Positions 58,735 through 64,000 of a DNA stretch of 64,000 bases are shown one piece after another. Numbering within the stretch: position 1 is the stretch's first letter; each line of letters opens with the position of its first letter. The translations under genes and the position numbers were made by a program. The stretch covers positions 256,001-320,000 of the forward strand of contig CAVRJO010000002.1 of NCBI GenBank assembly GCA_963722255.1, written 5' to 3'. This DNA comes from Candidatus Babeliales bacterium (GTDB lineage Bacteria; Babelota; Babeliae; Babelales; JANWKD01). A model generated the notes under the pieces. That model saw only the letters and a list, made by a program, of their open reading frames with translations. It was not told the DNA's origin and searched no databases.

Positions 58735-59778
58735 ATGAAAAGAGTAATGACATCCCTCATACTGCTTCTATTGAGTGCCGGGTCACAAGATCTTTATGCA
58801 ATGAAACATAATAAGAAAAAACATCGTAAAAAGCCTCAGCACGTCGGCGCTCAAAATAACTCAGAAATAAAAGGTAAAAACGCCCGCAAAAAAACAACTC
58901 TCATAGGTTTTATACAATCAGGTGATATTAAAATTCCTGAAACTTCTATTAGCGAACAACCTGTTGAAGTTCTTGAACCTTTATTCAAGGCATTACATTC
59001 TTCTGTGACTGTTGCTACTCCAAAAAAAGAAGCCCAAACAACCTATGCTCATACTAGAGCAATTCTTGATGAATTATCCAAAAAACGTGGTGACAAAAAA
59101 AAGGCAAAAGAAGGTCTCCAGGGTTTTGCTGATGATTTTAGCGATGATGAAAAAAATATGAAAGCACTGTGGCAATTTGATTCAAAGGAAGATATTGCGG
59201 ATCCAACAAAAATATATTTGGGAATAATGGCGGGTTCTACTTCTCCATGGAAAAATCATGTATACGAATATATGAAAAATAAAAACCAACTGTGTGAAAA
59301 ATATGATACACAGATTGTTGCAAGAGAAAGCACTCTTAAAGATCTTAATGATCAAATAGTTTCGCTTCAAAAAAAAGCACAAGAAGAACATGAACACATT
59401 CAAGCACTCACATTAACCAAAGAACACCATGAAACAAAGCTTAAATCTGCTGAAATCTATTCTGCTGACCTCGTTGATTACCTTACTGGGCAAATAGAAG
59501 AAACAGTCGGGCTTATCGAAAATTACGATAGTGATTTAGATAAATTAGACCTTCAATCATCTCAATTGAGAAAAAACAAAAATACGGATGTAAAAAATTT
59601 TAATGAACAAACTTCTAAAAATAATTTAGAAAAAGGAAATATACTTACAAAGAAAAAAGAAGCTGAAACAATTTTAAAACAATTAAATGTAGCTTTAGAG
59701 CATGTTAACCAAAATCTTCCAAAAGCACGTGATGGCGGTTCTTTTGGACGTCGCTATGTCTGGGGCAAAAGCTTCTAA
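58735..59778 (+). CDS. Hypothetical secreted coiled-coil protein
   Basis: AAGGAG RBS; signal peptide ending LYAMK; KKKHRKK; long coiled coil. Confidence 0.75.
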   Translation: MKRVMTSLILLLLSAGSQDLYAMKHNKKKHRKKPQHVGAQNNSEIKGKNARKKTTLIGFIQSGDIKIPETSISEQPVEVLEPLFKALHSSVTVATPKKEAQTTYAHTRAILDELSKKRGDKKKAKEGLQGFADDFSDDEKNMKALWQFDSKEDIADPTKIYLGIMAGSTSPWKNHVYEYMKNKNQLCEKYDTQIVARESTLKDLNDQIVSLQKKAQEEHEHIQALTLTKEHHETKLKSAEIYSADLVDYLTGQIEETVGLIENYDSDLDKLDLQSSQLRKNKNTDVKNFNEQTSKNNLEKGNILTKKKEAETILKQLNVALEHVNQNLPKARDGGSFGRRYVWGKSF

Positions 59779-59798
59779 TAACGGTAACTGAAATTTCT

Positions 59799-59829
59799 AA
59801 TTGGGACCGAATATTTTTCGGTCCCAATT
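59799..59829 (+). terminator. Intrinsic terminator-like hairpin
   Basis: AATTGGGACCGAA/TTCGGTCCCAATT. Confidence 0.6.
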
Positions 59830-59907
59830 GCTTTCATAACAAAAATAATCTATTCTTAAACTCTGTTTACCTACAAAAAAAAACCCAAATAAAAACCGTG
59901 TAACAGA

Positions 59908-62175
59908 ATGCAACAAGAACAACAACGCTTTAAAAAATTCTTCGAAGAAAATCTTAATCAAGAACAACAAAAAGCGGTTATTCAAAAATCAGGTTCTTTA
60001 TTAGTTATTGCTGGAGCGGGTTCCGGAAAAACACGAGTCATTACATCACGTATCATTAATTTAATTGTTAACGAAAAAACGTCTCCACAATCAATTATTG
60101 CATTAACATTCACCAATAAAGCTGCTGCAGAAATGAAAGAGCGTCTGTTGCATTTTTTGGGAACACATGTAGAAAAAACATTTATTGGAACATTCCATTC
60201 TTATTGTTTGTATCTTTTGCGACAAAACGCATCAATGCTGCCCCATTCACAATTTTCAATTTTAGATTCTGATGATCAACAACAGTTGCTGCAGGGCATT
60301 ATCAAACGAAATGGATTGCAAAAAAAAATTACCGCAAAAAATCTTTCATATCAGATTTCTTTGCGAAAAAATAGTTGTTTAGAAGCATCAGCAGCATCTC
60401 ATGATCAACTTTTTGAACAACTTTATCTAGCATATGAACAAGAAAAAAGCTTAAGCAAATCTCTTGATTTTGACGATCTATTGCTTGAAGTGTTACGCTT
60501 ATTTGCAAATAATTCAGTATTTAAAAATCAATTTCAACAACGAGTCCGACATATTCTTGTTGATGAATATCAGGATACAAATGTTGTTCAGCATGAACTT
60601 CTCAAGCATATGGCTTTAAATAATAAAGAATTTTCTGCCGATTCTTTATGCGCTGTTGGAGATGAAGACCAATCGATCTATTCTTGGCGCGGCGCAACAG
60701 TAGCGAATATCATGCATTTTAAAAATGATTTTCCTGCAACAACAACCATAAAAATTGAACAAAACTATCGTTCTGCTGAACCCATTTTACACGTTGCAAA
60801 TCATGTCATTCAAAATAATAAACAAAGAACGCCTAAAGCATTATGGTCAACAAGAAAAGCAACTGACCGCGTACGAATTATTACAGCACTTTCAGGCTAT
60901 AATGAAGCTGAAGCATTAGCACAATCATTGCAAAGTGCCAGTAAAACGAAATTAGTGCATTCTAAAGCTATTTTATATAGAGCTCACTATCAGTCGCGAA
61001 TTATTGAAGAGGCCCTTTTAAGGCACTCAATTCCTTACAAAATTATTGGTGGCATTCAATTCTATGAACGTAAAGAAATTAAAGACATGCTCGCCTATTT
61101 ACGATTAGTTGTAAATCCCTATGATCGTGTCTCATTTTTTCGAATCATTAATACTCCGGCTCGTGGGCTTGGAGAAAAAGCTGAACAAGAGCTACACGAA
61201 TTGTGGCATAAGGAGCCTTTATACAGCTTTCATGATCTTATTAATCATCTTATCAATAAAGAAATTGTTACCGGTAAAAAAGCACAGCAGCTCAAAGATT
61301 TTTTGCGCTTATTTAGAAATATTTCGTATGAAGATAAACCAAGCCACTGCATCAACCATTTTATCTATGAAACAGAATATTACAGCTACTTAAAAGATAC
61401 TTATGAACAACAAGAATCTGAATCGAAGATTGACAATATTAAAGAGCTTTTGCGTGGAGCACAATATTTTGAAGAACGAACCGATACAAGCTTAGCGCTT
61501 TTTCTTTATGACATTGCTCTTATGCAAGAAAAAATAAACGAACAAGAATCAAGCACAGAGCATGTATGCTTAATGACACTTCATGGAGCAAAAGGATTAG
61601 AATTTGATCTCGTATTTCTCGCCGGCTTGGAAGAAGGGCTGTTCCCATCGAACCATTCGATCTACACTGCTGATGGCCTTGAAGAAGAGCGACGTCTTTT
61701 TTATGTAGGTATAACGAGAGCAAAAGAATATCTCATTATCAGTAATGCACGCTGGCGACACACCTATGGCTCTATGTCCGATCAACGTCCTTCACGTTTC
61801 TTAGCAGAAATTCCTGAAAAACTTGCTTCCAAGCATGATCTGAGTCATATGAATTCTGATGAGCTTAGCTCATTTTTCTTACATTGGTTTACCAATAAAG
61901 CGGAATACAAATCGCAAACAGTCACTTTTGGAACAGCACAAAAAACTATCGTAAAAAATAAAACATCTCCACAATTACCTTCTGATAAACAAGAAAAACA
62001 GCAGATTGAAAATAACACTTCCACCTTTAAAAAATATCAATCTGTTCATCATGTTACTTTTGGAATAGGTATTATTGAAAACGTCGAACAAAAGGACGAA
62101 TCAACAACATATATTACTGCAAAGTTCAAAGCTGGGCTCAAAAAAATAAAAGCCGACTTTCTTCAAAAGATATAA
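59908..62175 (+). CDS. pcrA: ATP-dependent DNA helicase PcrA/UvrD
   Basis: AGAGSGKT, TFTNKAA, VDEYQDTN, VGDEDQSIYSWRGA, MTLHGAKGLEF, EEERRLFYVGITRA. Confidence 0.95.
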   Translation: MQQEQQRFKKFFEENLNQEQQKAVIQKSGSLLVIAGAGSGKTRVITSRIINLIVNEKTSPQSIIALTFTNKAAAEMKERLLHFLGTHVEKTFIGTFHSYCLYLLRQNASMLPHSQFSILDSDDQQQLLQGIIKRNGLQKKITAKNLSYQISLRKNSCLEASAASHDQLFEQLYLAYEQEKSLSKSLDFDDLLLEVLRLFANNSVFKNQFQQRVRHILVDEYQDTNVVQHELLKHMALNNKEFSADSLCAVGDEDQSIYSWRGATVANIMHFKNDFPATTTIKIEQNYRSAEPILHVANHVIQNNKQRTPKALWSTRKATDRVRIITALSGYNEAEALAQSLQSASKTKLVHSKAILYRAHYQSRIIEEALLRHSIPYKIIGGIQFYERKEIKDMLAYLRLVVNPYDRVSFFRIINTPARGLGEKAEQELHELWHKEPLYSFHDLINHLINKEIVTGKKAQQLKDFLRLFRNISYEDKPSHCINHFIYETEYYSYLKDTYEQQESESKIDNIKELLRGAQYFEERTDTSLALFLYDIALMQEKINEQESSTEHVCLMTLHGAKGLEFDLVFLAGLEEGLFPSNHSIYTADGLEEERRLFYVGITRAKEYLIISNARWRHTYGSMSDQRPSRFLAEIPEKLASKHDLSHMNSDELSSFFLHWFTNKAEYKSQTVTFGTAQKTIVKNKTSPQLPSDKQEKQQIENNTSTFKKYQSVHHVTFGIGIIENVEQKDESTTYITAKFKAGLKKIKADFLQKI

Positions 62176-62200
62176 TGGAAAAAAACATCAATAACAATGA

Positions 62201-62318
62201 TGTCATTCAGAGCGTAGCGTGGAATCCAGTTAATAAAATCTTTTCATTATTAATTATTTTGATTTTCTTTATTGCTGGATCCCACGGACTTCACTACGTG
62301 AAGCTCCTCTGGATGACA
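62201..62318. repeat. Palindromic REP/RPE-like element, family A copy 2
   Basis: Reverse complement aligns with 12937-13053. Confidence 0.8.
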
Positions 62319-62373
62319 TTATCACTTTTGAAAAACACCCTGTTTTTAAGTTTTTCTTAGATCAAATTCACTT

Positions 62374-62871
62374 TTATTTTTTCTTCAAAGGATCTTTAGG
62401 TAAAAATGCTCTCAACATCCAAGCCATCTTTTCATGATTTTCAAGCTTTTCAATTAAAAAATTATTAGTGCCAATATCATCGTATTTAGCAAGCACTTCA
62501 TCAGCATCTTTACGAATTAACTTGATTATTGTTTCATGATCTAAGGCCAACTGTTCAATCATTTGTAATTGATTTTTCCCGCCACCAAATAGTTCATCTT
62601 CAATTTTTGACAACTTTGAATATTCTTTGAGCGAGGCAACAGTTTTAAAACCTAATGCTCGAACACGTTCAGCAACTTCATCAATAATTTCCAAGAGATC
62701 TTCATACTGACTTTCAAAAAATTTGTGCAATGAATAAAAATCAGAACCTTCCACATTCCAATGATAATTCAAAGTTTTGATATATACTGCAAATTGGTGT
62801 GCTAAAATTTTATTGAGAACTGCTGCAATATCACTACGATTTTTCTCCGAAATTCCAATATCTGTTTTCAT
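62374..62871 (-). CDS. dps: Dps family ferritin-like protein
   Basis: KTLNYHWNV.G.DF..LH..FE..Y...DEVAER..HEKMAWMLRA. Confidence 0.95.
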   Translation of the reverse strand: MKTDIGISEKNRSDIAAVLNKILAHQFAVYIKTLNYHWNVEGSDFYSLHKFFESQYEDLLEIIDEVAERVRALGFKTVASLKEYSKLSKIEDELFGGGKNQLQMIEQLALDHETIIKLIRKDADEVLAKYDDIGTNNFLIEKLENHEKMAWMLRAFLPKDPLKKK

Positions 62872-63074
62872 ACAAAATCCTTTTTTTAAAAAAATTTAAA
62901 ATTTTCCAGCTCTTCTAACTTTAAAATAGATAGATGCAGCAAAAATTTCAATAGTTACACATTTTTGTAATCATAGTGACGAATAATAGTTAATGCTCCA
63001 GTTGACGGTTTTTAATAGTAAGGTAAACTGCATTCATAGTGAATCGAATTGTAAGAATTTTGAAAGGTAAATTA

Positions 63075-63689
63075 ATGAAAAAAACTTTTATATTTTGTTT
63101 ACTCACCTCTTTAACCTTAATCGTTAAAGCTGATGATAAAAAAGTTGGATTATCACAAGCCGCAGATGCCAAAACACAAACTGCTGCTTCAGCAGTTGAA
63201 TCAGTAAAGATTCGTTATGTTGATCCATACAAAATTATTCCTAAATTAGAACAGTGGAATGATGAACGCGTAAAAATTCAAAAAGAACTTGAAAATCGTT
63301 CAGCTCAAATTGAAAACCTTAAAGTGGCTTATTCAACAAAGGCAAATGAGTTACAAACCAAAGGTAATATTTTAAGCGAAGCTGCTAAAGCTACTGCACT
63401 TAAAGAACTAAATCGTCTTGAAACAGATATCAAATTTGAACAACAATCATTCCAAGAAACCGCTGAAAGAAGTTCACAAGAAGCACAAGTTGCTATTTTT
63501 AGAGAAATCGAAGCTGCTGCTAAGGAATATGCACAATCCAATGGAATTGATTTTGTCTTTGCCGGTGGAGCGATTTTTGTCAATGAAAAATATGACATTA
63601 GTGATATAATTGCTGATATTATGAACAAAAAATATGTAGCACAAAAAGCTAAAACTGCACCCAAAGCACCTGAAATAAAACGGCCATAA
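63075..63689 (+). CDS. skp: OmpH/Skp periplasmic chaperone
   Basis: Signal peptide, KIRYVD, coiled coil, GIDFVF..DISD. Confidence 0.8.
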   Translation: MKKTFIFCLLTSLTLIVKADDKKVGLSQAADAKTQTAASAVESVKIRYVDPYKIIPKLEQWNDERVKIQKELENRSAQIENLKVAYSTKANELQTKGNILSEAAKATALKELNRLETDIKFEQQSFQETAERSSQEAQVAIFREIEAAAKEYAQSNGIDFVFAGGAIFVNEKYDISDIIADIMNKKYVAQKAKTAPKAPEIKRP

Positions 63690-63700
63690 TAGAATCAACC

Positions 63701-63728
63701 AAAGGGCTCCTTTCAAGGGGGCCCTTTT
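63701..63728 (+). terminator. Terminator-like hairpin after skp
   Basis: AAAGGGCTCC/GGGGCCCTTTT. Confidence 0.55.
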
Positions 63729-63744
63729 ACCTATCCATAACTCT

Positions 63745-64000
63745 ATGAATACACCATCTTCTCTTTCATCTATAAAACTTATTATCGGATTAGGAAACCC
63801 CGGAAGACAGTATTATCATAATCGTCATAATATTGGATTTCGAGTTGTTGAGGAATTAGCTAAGCTCCATCATGGAACATTTAAAAAAGTTAATGATATG
63901 GAACTTGCCCAAATAACCGTGAATGGCAAGCCCTATTATTTAGTTATGCCACAAACATTTATGAACTCTTCGGGGAAAGTTCTTTCCTATTTTACCAAAA
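63745..64000 (+). CDS. pth: Peptidyl-tRNA hydrolase, partial (missing from the ORF track)
   Basis: KLIIGLGNPGRQYYHNRHNIGF...PQTFMNSSG. Confidence 0.95.
   Translation, partial: MNTPSSLSSIKLIIGLGNPGRQYYHNRHNIGFRVVEELAKLHHGTFKKVNDMELAQITVNGKPYYLVMPQTFMNSSGKVLSYFTK

Noticed and set aside
62175..62360. 61-aa ORF after pcrA
   Set aside because: Runs through the palindromic repeat; probably incidental.
207..63716. Short ORFs in the track that overlap larger genes on the opposite strand or in another frame
   Set aside because: Shadow ORFs without RBS or motifs.
1..64000. CRISPR array, rRNA or tRNA genes
   Set aside because: No regularly spaced repeats and no conserved structural-RNA signatures seen.

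Overview
AT-rich bacterial window. Gene content and the many signal-peptide, ankyrin and eukaryote-like proteins suggest an intracellular parasite of protists, most likely Candidatus Dependentiae/Babelota (inference). The housekeeping backbone is murC, a MerR regulator, yidC, recR and rplS on the left, and trmD, khpA, rpsP, ffh, hflX, pcrA/uvrD, dps, skp and pth on the right. About 38 kb of accessory DNA separates trmD from rplS. It holds candidate host-directed effectors (a 1629-aa protein with a Josephin-like Cys-His-Asn domain, a tandem Skp1/BTB plus beta-propeller protein, ankyrin proteins with C-terminal F-box-like motifs), AbiE and MazEF-type toxin-antitoxin loci, a PadR/UvrA-like pair and three complete IS elements; a fourth, partial IS lies at the left edge. 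Two observations stand out. First, three secreted GH1 glycosidases are followed by a eukaryote-type alkaline ceramidase, a candidate host glycosphingolipid-degrading system. Second, 14 secreted proteins have a Met right after the predicted signal-peptide cleavage site. Several essential genes (murC, ffh, trmD) carry indels, so some frameshifts are probably assembly errors. No rRNA, tRNA or CRISPR array was seen. All assignments come from reading motifs by eye; no searches were run.
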